Source: Candidatus Micrarchaeia archaeon (GTDB lineage: Archaea > Micrarchaeota > Micrarchaeia > Micrarchaeales > CABMGC01). From it: a stretch of DNA of 13,490 bases. Each line of letters opens with the position of its first letter. Position 1 is the first letter of the stretch. Location: assembly GCA_049966395.1 (NCBI GenBank), contig JBMFUT010000020.1, positions 1 to 13,490 on the forward strand. The letters are read 5' to 3'. Below are positions 6,884 through 13,490 of this stretch, one piece after another. Below the pieces are notes generated by a model, which saw only the letters and a program-made list of their open reading frames with translations, had not been told where the DNA came from and ran no database searches. The position numbers and the translations under genes are program-made.

Positions 6884-6904
6884 CATTTCGCCGATGGCGA
6901 AATG
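6884..6904. repeat. Perfect 9-bp inverted repeat in the tyrS-sepF intergenic region
   Basis: CATTTCGCC(6884-6892)-GAT-GGCGAAATG(6896-6904). Confidence 0.8.
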
Positions 6905-7123
6905 CTGAACCTGCTTTTCAATTTTGAATGACTCAAGTAATGATTTGCAGCGCGCAAGCATAATATTATATTGTATTACAATTGACACGCATATACCTAT
7001 ATACACATATTTAACCTTAAATGGACCGTTTATCTGATGCATGAAGATCGCGGTTTTCTTGCGATAGATTAATAAAAATTGCCTACGCTAAGATATTAGC
7101 CTAACAGGCGACTGGTGTAACTT

Positions 7124-7498
7124 ATGGGAGTTTTTGACAAATTCGGCAAAGCGCTAGGTGTATCCAAGGAAATGGACATAGAGGACTACATGAATTCGGC
7201 GGAGATGGAGGACGTTGACATACTGAACGAACCCGCGGACATGTATGTCAAGCCTGTCACGATAGTCAGCGAAGACGACGTGAGACTTATAGAGGGCGAG
7301 CTAGAGAAGAAGAACATAATACTGATGAACATAGAGGAGTTGAACAAGAGGCCCACTACAAGGAACAACGTAGTATCGCAGCTCAAGAACTATGTGGCAA
7401 AGGTAAATGGGGACATTGCCCAGATAGACGACAACAGGATACTTGTGACGCCTGCAAAGGTAAAGATAATAAAGAAGAAAAAGCAGGCAAGCAAATAG
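7124..7498 (+). CDS. sepF: Cell division protein SepF (archaeal type)
   Basis: N-terminal amphipathic helix MGVFDKFGKALG, acidic linker, core with NIILMNI, VNGDIAQI and ILVTPAKVKI; GGTG upstream. Confidence 0.92.
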   Translation: MGVFDKFGKALGVSKEMDIEDYMNSAEMEDVDILNEPADMYVKPVTIVSEDDVRLIEGELEKKNIILMNIEELNKRPTTRNNVVSQLKNYVAKVNGDIAQIDDNRILVTPAKVKIIKKKKQASK

Positions 7499-7501
7499 CC
7501 T

Positions 7502-8191
7502 TCACTTCAAGGCTGTTATGAGCGCGCGCACCTCCACTCCGGTGGGCTGCGCAGTGCTTATAATTTTCCTGAACACGCGCTTCACCGCGCCTTTGTCCCT
7601 TATTCTCTTTTTCTCTATTGTTTTGTCGAATGCCCTTAGCAGCGCTTCTATCTCAGAACTGCTTGCCGGCAGAGGCGCAAGATCCTTGTAAATTGCAGCA
7701 TTCGCATGCATTGTGAAGACAAAAAGAAGGACGGCAAGCGCATGCGATATGTTAAGCACAGGATATTCTGGATTTGCCCCTATGTACGCTATCATGTCGC
7801 ACCTCTCGAGCTCTTCATGGGTCAAGCCTGTGTCGTCTCTGCCTATCAAAAGGCAGACCTTGGTGCGTTCTTTTGACACTTTTGCAATCCTATCAAATGC
7901 GTCTTGTATCAGGTATATGTTCTTGAAGTTTGCCTTAGCCTTCTGCCATATGCCAGTGGTGCCTACGACAATATCACAGTCTGAAATGGCTTCTTCGAAG
8001 CTGCCGTAGACCTTTGCGCCCTTGAGCAGTTCTGACGCGTGCTTTGAGAATTTTACAGACTGAATGCCGTCGAGCTTTGCCCTCGGGTTCACGAAATAGA
8101 GTTTTTTTATCCCGAAATTCTTTGCAACCCTGGCAATGTAGCCTATGTTGATCTGGTATCTGGGCTCGACTATCACGAGCTTGAGCATCAT
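7502..8191 (-). CDS. trmJ: SPOUT tRNA position-32 2'-O-methyltransferase, TrmJ family
   Basis: VEPRYQINIGYIARVAKNFG, IVVGTT, GRDDTGLTHEEL, YPVLNISHA. ATGA overlap with the upstream gene's stop. Confidence 0.88.
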   Translation of the reverse strand: MMLKLVIVEPRYQINIGYIARVAKNFGIKKLYFVNPRAKLDGIQSVKFSKHASELLKGAKVYGSFEEAISDCDIVVGTTGIWQKAKANFKNIYLIQDAFDRIAKVSKERTKVCLLIGRDDTGLTHEELERCDMIAYIGANPEYPVLNISHALAVLLFVFTMHANAAIYKDLAPLPASSSEIEALLRAFDKTIEKKRIRDKGAVKRVFRKIISTAQPTGVEVRALITALK

Positions 8192-8886
8192 AGGATCGCC
8201 ATGGCCGCTACGGCAAGGGCGTTAACCAGTATGTGCGCGGCAAGCGAAGGGTACAGAGATTTGGTCTTCTTGAAGACGTAGCCAGCAAGTATGCCAAATA
8301 TAAATGCCGCTATCATTTCGACGCCGAAAGAGGAGTTGTACCCGGCATGGAGTATCGCGAAGAACAGGGCGCTCCATATTATGCCTATGCGCGGCACCAG
8401 CAGGCCCCTGAAGAATATTTCCTCGTTTATAGGTCCTATGAATGTGGCAAATATGTAGAACCAGAGCGGCGCGCCCTGGAGAAGCAGGCTCACATTGGTG
8501 TTTATGGTAATACCTGTTGCCTCCGAGAATGCGGTTATGAAAAGCTCCATGGCAAATATTATCAGGAAAAGCACCACGCCTATGCCGAGCATTTTCAAAG
8601 ACAGCGAGGATTTGCCAAGGCCGAAGCTCTTGAGCGCATCGCCCACAAAGACGCCCTTGTGGAGCATGTAAGATATAGCCGCAAACGGAAATACCAGAGA
8701 TATGACTGCTGAGAGCAGAAGATCAGCGCTTTCTATGCTTATAGCGCCGAGCCCCGCCATGTAAAAGAGCATTACAAAGGATATCAGAAGCAGATAGAAA
8801 ATAGCGTAGAATACCGTCTTCTCCTTTGCAAGCTTTGATTTAGCCGCCGCAGACCTTGCAGCATAATTGCGCCTATCGCTCTTCAA
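8188..8886 (-). CDS. CPBP/Abi (CAAX prenyl protease 2 family) intramembrane metalloprotease
   Basis: PINEEIFFRG (EExxxR), FAILH and AHILVN motifs with multiple TM segments. TTG start with GGGTG upstream; start position uncertain. Confidence 0.9.
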   Translation of the reverse strand: MKSDRRNYAARSAAAKSKLAKEKTVFYAIFYLLLISFVMLFYMAGLGAISIESADLLLSAVISLVFPFAAISYMLHKGVFVGDALKSFGLGKSSLSLKMLGIGVVLFLIIFAMELFITAFSEATGITINTNVSLLLQGAPLWFYIFATFIGPINEEIFFRGLLVPRIGIIWSALFFAILHAGYNSSFGVEMIAAFIFGILAGYVFKKTKSLYPSLAAHILVNALAVAAMAIL

Positions 8887-8898
8887 CTATCGCACCCG

Positions 8899-9063
8899 TT
8901 AGGACTTCTGATGCTTCCATTCCGTATAGTGGCACTTGCCACATGTGTACCTGTCGGAGTGCTCTGCCATCCTTGAGCCGCACTTCGGGCAGAACTTGCC
9001 CGGCTTGTATGCCTTTATGTCCTTGGCCTTCTTCTCTTGCTTCTTTTCCTCTTTTTCAGCCAT
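8899..9063 (-). CDS. rps27ae: 30S ribosomal protein S27ae (eS31), 54 aa, not in the ORF track
   Basis: Translated by hand: [55 protein letters not shown]4 zinc ribbon; lies directly after eS24 with AGGTG upstream. Confidence 0.93.
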   Translation of the reverse strand: MAEKEEKKQEKKAKDIKAYKPGKFCPKCGSRMAEHSDRYTCGKCHYTEWKHQKS

Positions 9064-9071
9064 TGCTACAC

Positions 9072-9443
9072 CTATTTGTTGCCGCCTTCGCCTTCTGCGG
9101 CGTTCCCTCCTTCAGTAGCAGCGCCCTGCGCCTTGCCTTCTGCGGATTTTCCGGCCGCACCTTTTTCAGCCTTTGGCGCGCCCCTTTTGGTTATGTATTC
9201 CGGCACAGTTTTCATCGCCTCGTCGCTCTCGTATGAGTATGCTACCACCTCACTAGAAGGCGAACCGTAGAGCTGGCTTGCCCTTACTATTACTGTGCGG
9301 CTCGGATCGAGATTGAGCTTCTTGCAAAGCTCCTCCCTGAGCTCGTCCCTCGATGGGGTCTTCCCGGAATACTTAGCGGTAAAATGTATTTCCTTCCTTC
9401 CCAGAAGCTTGTTCTCAGTTTGCTTGTCGATGCTTATGTCCAT
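9072..9443 (-). CDS. rps24e: 30S ribosomal protein S24e (eS24) with low-complexity C-terminal tail
   Basis: [19 protein letters not shown]...AYSYES motifs; GAGGTG upstream; conserved S24e-S27ae order. Confidence 0.93.
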   Translation of the reverse strand: MDISIDKQTENKLLGRKEIHFTAKYSGKTPSRDELREELCKKLNLDPSRTVIVRASQLYGSPSSEVVAYSYESDEAMKTVPEYITKRGAPKAEKGAAGKSAEGKAQGAATEGGNAAEGEGGNK

Positions 9444-9454
9444 TATAACACCTC

Positions 9455-9853
9455 TTAGCCCAGAACCCTTGATATTGCGTATCTGTTCATGCTCTCTATC
9501 ACTTCCACCTCTGAACCAGACTTTATGGAGCCTTTGAGATCATCAGGTATTGGCACCTCGTATGTCTCGTAGGTCTGGAGGTCCATAAGCTGCGCTGTTG
9601 ATTCAGTGACAGAGACAACCTGAGCTTTCTTCTTGTTTATCACAGGCACTTCCACATCGCCGCTGCTGGGCTTCAGCAGCGTCTTTTTCTGCCCGTCGAA
9701 TATGCCTATCGCCGTTACTCTCATCTTTGCAGAACCGTGCTTACCCGGCGCCGAAGTCTCCACGTCAACAACCTTGCAAGGTATGCCGTCTATCAGTATG
9801 AACCTTCCCGGCTTTATTTCTTTCATCGATACGTACAATATCTCTTCTGACAT
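9455..9853 (-). CDS. eif5a: Translation factor aIF5A
   Basis: PGKHGSAK hypusination motif, IGIFDGQK, AQLMDLQTYET. Confidence 0.97.
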   Translation of the reverse strand: MSEEILYVSMKEIKPGRFILIDGIPCKVVDVETSAPGKHGSAKMRVTAIGIFDGQKKTLLKPSSGDVEVPVINKKKAQVVSVTESTAQLMDLQTYETYEVPIPDDLKGSIKSGSEVEVIESMNRYAISRVLG

Positions 9854-9940
9854 CTAACCAACTCAGTTAATGATAGTTAAATCAAAAAGGAATATATTAC
9901 TTACACTCTTTTGCCAAAAGGCAAAATAAACAAAAGAAAG

Positions 9941-10963
9941 TCAAAGTATCTTTTCGAGCATCTCCATCTTCATTGGCGAATAGGCTTCCTCCTTGCTCTT
10001 CGAGCCGAATTTTGCCTTCACTCCTGTTATTATAGACATGACGCGGATCTGGTCGGAAAGCTCAGGAACCATCCTTGCCCCGAATATGACGTTCGCGTCA
10101 GGCGCAACATCCTCTGTCACGCCATCGCCTATTCTCGTCGCGTCGTTTATTGTGAGATTAGATCCTCCAACAACGTGTATGAGCGCTCCCTTGGCGCCTT
10201 CATAGTCGACAGTCAGCAGCGGATGCGCTCTTGTCGTCTTTATTGCCTGTTCCACTCTTTCGGAGCCGGAGCCGTTGCCGATGCTTATGACGGAAGTTCC
10301 TGTGCCCTTAACAACAGCCCTGAGGTCTGCAAAGTCCAGGTTTATCAGGCTTGGCAGCGTTATCGTGTCGGCTATGCCCTTTACGGCATTTCCAACTATG
10401 TTGTCAACAAGCGCGAAGGCCTTCTCTATTGGCAGGTTCGGCACGTAAGAAAGCAGCTTGTCGTTCTCTATTGTTATTATCGTGTCCGACTCCTTAATCA
10501 GCTGCTCTATGCCCCATTCTGCCTTGAGCTTCCTGCTCCTCTCAAGCGCAAAAGGATATGTCACTGCGCCTATTATCGTCGCGCCCTGTTCCTTTGCAAT
10601 CCTTGCAACTACAGGCGCGGCACCGGTGCCGGTGCCTCCTCCCATTCCAGCGCACACAAATACCAAGTCGTAGCCTTCAATTGCTTTTTCTATTTCTGTT
10701 CTGCTGGCGTCAGCACACTTTGCGGCTACTTCAGGGAAGCCTCCGGCGCCTAAGCCGTTTGTAATCTCCTTGCCAAGAAGCAGCTTTTTGTGCGCCCGGG
10801 TTATGTTGAGGTGCGACAGGTCAGTGTTCATTGCTATTGTGTCGGCACTCTTTATTCCGGAGTTGAAGAGCCTGGTGACAAGGTTGCTGCCTTGCCCTCC
10901 TACGCCGACCACGGCTATCCTTGGGGTAAACGCGTCATAATCTATGCTATTCTCGATAGGCAT
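9941..10963 (-). CDS. ftsZ: Cell division protein FtsZ (FtsZ2-like, downstream copy)
   Basis: GVGGQGSN, NTD, GLGAGG, GMGGGTGTG, PSLINLDFAD. Start placed at ATG 10963, which is preceded by GGTGA. Confidence 0.96.
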   Translation of the reverse strand: MPIENSIDYDAFTPRIAVVGVGGQGSNLVTRLFNSGIKSADTIAMNTDLSHLNITRAHKKLLLGKEITNGLGAGGFPEVAAKCADASRTEIEKAIEGYDLVFVCAGMGGGTGTGAAPVVARIAKEQGATIIGAVTYPFALERSRKLKAEWGIEQLIKESDTIITIENDKLLSYVPNLPIEKAFALVDNIVGNAVKGIADTITLPSLINLDFADLRAVVKGTGTSVISIGNGSGSERVEQAIKTTRAHPLLTVDYEGAKGALIHVVGGSNLTINDATRIGDGVTEDVAPDANVIFGARMVPELSDQIRVMSIITGVKAKFGSKSKEEAYSPMKMEMLEKIL

Positions 10964-10984
10964 TCTCTCACCAATTAAATGCAA

Positions 10985-12034
10985 TTATATTGATTCCAGG
11001 TCGCCGAACTGCTGAGATCTTGCCTTCTCCTCGAATTTGCCCAAGATGCTTGCTCCTTTGACTCCTGTGACTATGGCTACTATTTCCACCTGACCCTCGT
11101 AACCCGGTATTATCCTGGCGCCCCATTTAACGTTTGCCTTTGGATCCATGCGCTCAGTTATAACTTCTCCTGCCTTTATTGCGTCTCCAAGCGTGAGGTC
11201 GCTTGCGCCAGATATGTGTATGAGCGCACCCTTTGCGTTCTCGAAGTCAACATCAAGGAGCTTGTTCTTCAGCACTGCATCAGCAGCACTTGTAACCTTG
11301 TCGTTGCCCTTGCCCGTGCCGACTGATATGAAGCCCACGTCGCCGCTTCCCATTATCGACCTAACGTCAGCAAAGTCTATGTTTATCAGGCTAGGCTGCG
11401 TTATTGTCCAGACGAGTCCTCCAATCGCCTTTGCAAGTATGTCGTCAGCAACCGCGAAAGCCTCGTTCATAGGCAGGTTCGGCACAAGCTTCACCAGCCT
11501 GTTGTTGTCTAGGATTATCACGCTGTCGCTGAATTTCCTAAGCGTCTGAATGCCTTCCTCTGCTTTTACCTTTCTCACGCGCTCCAGGTCGAACGGATAA
11601 GTAACCATCGAGACCACTATCGCGCCCTGCTCCTTTGCAATCTGCGCAATTACAGGCACTGCTCCAGTACCTGTGCCTCCTCCCATTCCAGCGCACAAGA
11701 AGACAAGCTGGGCGCCTGAAAGCGTTTCCTCAAGCAAAGGCCTGTCAACTTCAGCGGCCTTGGCGCCTACAGAAGGGTCTCCGCCTGCGCCGAGCCCTCT
11801 CGTTATGCTTTTTCCTATAAGTATCTTCTTTATCCTGTCGTCTATAATTTTGAAGTGCTGAGCATCAGTATTCACAGCAACTAGTTCTGTCCCCTTCACG
11901 CCAACCTTGAGAAGACGGTTGACAGTGTTGTTGCCTGCGCCTCCAACGCCTATTGTCACTATCTTTATCTGTGGCATGTTGCTATTTTGCTCATCGGTGC
12001 TCTTGCCCAAAAATTCGTCCGCAAAGTCTACCAT
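10985..12034 (-). CDS. ftsZ: Cell division protein FtsZ (FtsZ2-like, upstream copy)
   Basis: GVGGAGNN, NTD, GLGAGGDP, GMGGGTGTG, LDNNRL, QPSLINIDFAD; AGGCGA upstream. Confidence 0.97.
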   Translation of the reverse strand: MVDFADEFLGKSTDEQNSNMPQIKIVTIGVGGAGNNTVNRLLKVGVKGTELVAVNTDAQHFKIIDDRIKKILIGKSITRGLGAGGDPSVGAKAAEVDRPLLEETLSGAQLVFLCAGMGGGTGTGAVPVIAQIAKEQGAIVVSMVTYPFDLERVRKVKAEEGIQTLRKFSDSVIILDNNRLVKLVPNLPMNEAFAVADDILAKAIGGLVWTITQPSLINIDFADVRSIMGSGDVGFISVGTGKGNDKVTSAADAVLKNKLLDVDFENAKGALIHISGASDLTLGDAIKAGEVITERMDPKANVKWGARIIPGYEGQVEIVAIVTGVKGASILGKFEEKARSQQFGDLESI

Positions 12035-12257
12035 GCTGATCGCCTGTTATTAGATATTTAATATAAGTTTAAAAATCTTTTGTAGAAAGCACGTATAGTG
12101 GAACACTGCAATTTTGACACGATGACAACCCGTTTGTCAATTATACTTAAGTAAATATCATTTAATCTGATAAATTCGAACATATTTTAATATATTTTGC
12201 TATAGCGTAATAAAAGCGAAAAATGCCAACAAGAAGGTTTAAAATTGTGGCATAGGT
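12035..12257. promoter_or_regulatory. AT-rich divergent promoter region with TATA-like boxes and a TGACAA-N5-TTGTCA palindrome
   Basis: TATA-like tracts at about 12056-12075 (toward ftsZ) and TTTAAAA at 12238-12244 (toward the regulator); TGACAA(12123-12128)/TTGTCA(12134-12139). Confidence 0.6.
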
Positions 12258-13439
12258 ATGATTATCATGCGCAAAAAACCCGGGCCGGTGCCCCTGCCAA
12301 CAAAAAGAGAGAGGAGAGCGCACAGGGAGAGCGTCGAAAACAAGATACTGACGATACTGAGCATGAACGGCAGGGCAAGCTTCAACATGATCAGTAGCAT
12401 GCTCGGCGTTGACAAGGCTACCGCTTACAGGAAAGTCAAGGCATTGGAGAAAAAATACAAAATAAGATACATAGCAGAAATAGACACAGAGAAACTAGGT
12501 TTCCTCAATTTTGTCATGCTTGTCAAATTCCTAGGGAAGGCACCGGACTACAACAAGGTAATGGAGGCGGTGGAGAGCCTACCGCAGATTCAGTTCGGCG
12601 CTGCAATGACTGGTGGCGAATACGATTATTTGTTCTATGCGCTTGTGGAAACAAACCTCCAAGCGACGCTTCTGACAATACAACTACATAAAAAATTTGG
12701 TGAATTTGAGTGCGAACTACATATGGTGCCATTTTATGAAACCTACGGCTTCGTGCCATTGAGAGATGTCTTCATAGACACGCTGAAAGAGCGTGTTTTC
12801 AAAAGACAGAAGGAGAGCATTACAAAAAAGCATGGAATGATATTGCAAAGGGAGTTCGCTGTGCTCAAGGAGCTTAACAGAGACGGATCCGCAGAATTCA
12901 CCGAGATAGACAAAAAGTACGGTTTTGATCAGGGTAGGTCGCAGTACTCGTATTACAGGATGTTGCAGGAAGGACTTCTAAAAAGGATTACTATAAGCAT
13001 GGACGTGCCACTCAAGTACATGGGAGTATTATTCATGAAAATAACAAAATACGAAAAGTTCAGCAAGACTAGGGTGAAACTTCTTCAAGATATTATAGCA
13101 GAAGGCAAAGGCTTAACCAACAGGTACTTGTTAGTTGGAGATATAAACTCGCCGAACGGAGGGATTTTCTTCTTACCGTGCACAGAAGAAGGGGATCTGG
13201 AGCGCTATAAGAAAAGCCTTGATGTGATAAAGGGCGTTGAAATTAGTGCATCGGTAATTACAAAGAGAATAATAGGCGACCTATGCTTTAGAAGATTCGA
13301 CAATGCACACTCTACGCAGGCAAATGTGCTAGAAGAAGAATACAAAATCAAGAACAAGGAAAAAATAGACTACGGTGTGTTGAAATCTGCGAAGACGCCC
13401 GGCAAGGAATTTACAATAGACCTGAAAGATTTAAAATAA
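12258..13439 (+). CDS. Lrp/AsnC-like transcriptional regulator with two tandem HTH + ferredoxin-like modules
   Basis: Module 1: KILTILSMNGRASFNMISSMLG..RKVKALE..IDTEKLG..GGEYDYL. Module 2: AVLKELNRDGSAEFTEID..YYRMLQEGLLKR. Start may be ATG 12267 given TATA spacing. Confidence 0.8.
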   Translation: MIIMRKKPGPVPLPTKRERRAHRESVENKILTILSMNGRASFNMISSMLGVDKATAYRKVKALEKKYKIRYIAEIDTEKLGFLNFVMLVKFLGKAPDYNKVMEAVESLPQIQFGAAMTGGEYDYLFYALVETNLQATLLTIQLHKKFGEFECELHMVPFYETYGFVPLRDVFIDTLKERVFKRQKESITKKHGMILQREFAVLKELNRDGSAEFTEIDKKYGFDQGRSQYSYYRMLQEGLLKRITISMDVPLKYMGVLFMKITKYEKFSKTRVKLLQDIIAEGKGLTNRYLLVGDINSPNGGIFFLPCTEEGDLERYKKSLDVIKGVEISASVITKRIIGDLCFRRFDNAHSTQANVLEEEYKIKNKEKIDYGVLKSAKTPGKEFTIDLKDLK

Positions 13440-13448
13440 AAGAAAAGA

Positions 13449-13490
13449 TTAAAAGATGGCCTTCGCTATCGACTTAGGAAGTTTTATCCT
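13449..13490 (-). CDS. Possible 3' end of a convergent gene continuing beyond the window
   Basis: Minus strand reads ...RIKLPKSIAKAIF* with TAA at 13449-13451; too short to assign. Confidence 0.35.
   Translation of the reverse strand, partial: RIKLPKSIAKAIF

Noticed and set aside
6950..7080. AT-rich tract as a replication origin
   Set aside because: No ORB-like repeats with G-strings and no cdc6/orc1 gene in the window.
9911..10753. 280-aa plus-strand ORF and other antisense ORFs (e.g. 4486..5064, 5604..6095, 8233..8712, 11148..11549)
   Set aside because: Shadow frames opposite well-supported genes, with atypical composition and no motifs.
9941..10963. Downstream ftsZ as CetZ/tubulin-like or a pseudogene
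   Set aside because: Has FtsZ-type GGxG, GAGG, GGGTGTG and NLDFAD motifs, is colinear with its neighbour and has an intact frame.
1..13490. CRISPR array, integrase, rRNA or recognisable defence system
   Set aside because: No regularly spaced repeats and no corresponding protein or RNA signatures seen.

Overview
Archaeal chromosomal segment, most consistent with a DPANN/Micrarchaeota-like genome (inferred from gene content and the pilin-LamG family, not from a search). Left to right: a probable IS200/IS605-family terminal hairpin at the window edge; a hypothetical protein; tRNA-Ile(GAT) with a 37/38 intron; a class III signal peptide (pilin-like) LamG protein; a minus-strand run of tRNA-Arg(CCT) with a T-loop (59/60) intron, a DsbA-like protein lacking CXXC, a short DUF460-like protein and a beta-carbonic anhydrase; an isopentenyl-phosphate-kinase-like gene paired with a phytol/farnesol/dolichol-kinase-like membrane kinase; tyrS; sepF; trmJ; a CAAX-protease-family gene; eS31 (missing from the ORF track); eS24; aIF5A; two tandem ftsZ genes, both FtsZ2-like; and a divergent tandem Lrp/AsnC-like regulator. 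The best candidates for undescribed biology are the two-kinase isoprenoid-alcohol salvage module and the tandem FtsZ2 pair with nearby sepF, shared upstream motifs and patches of nucleotide identity. All family calls rest on motif recognition by eye.
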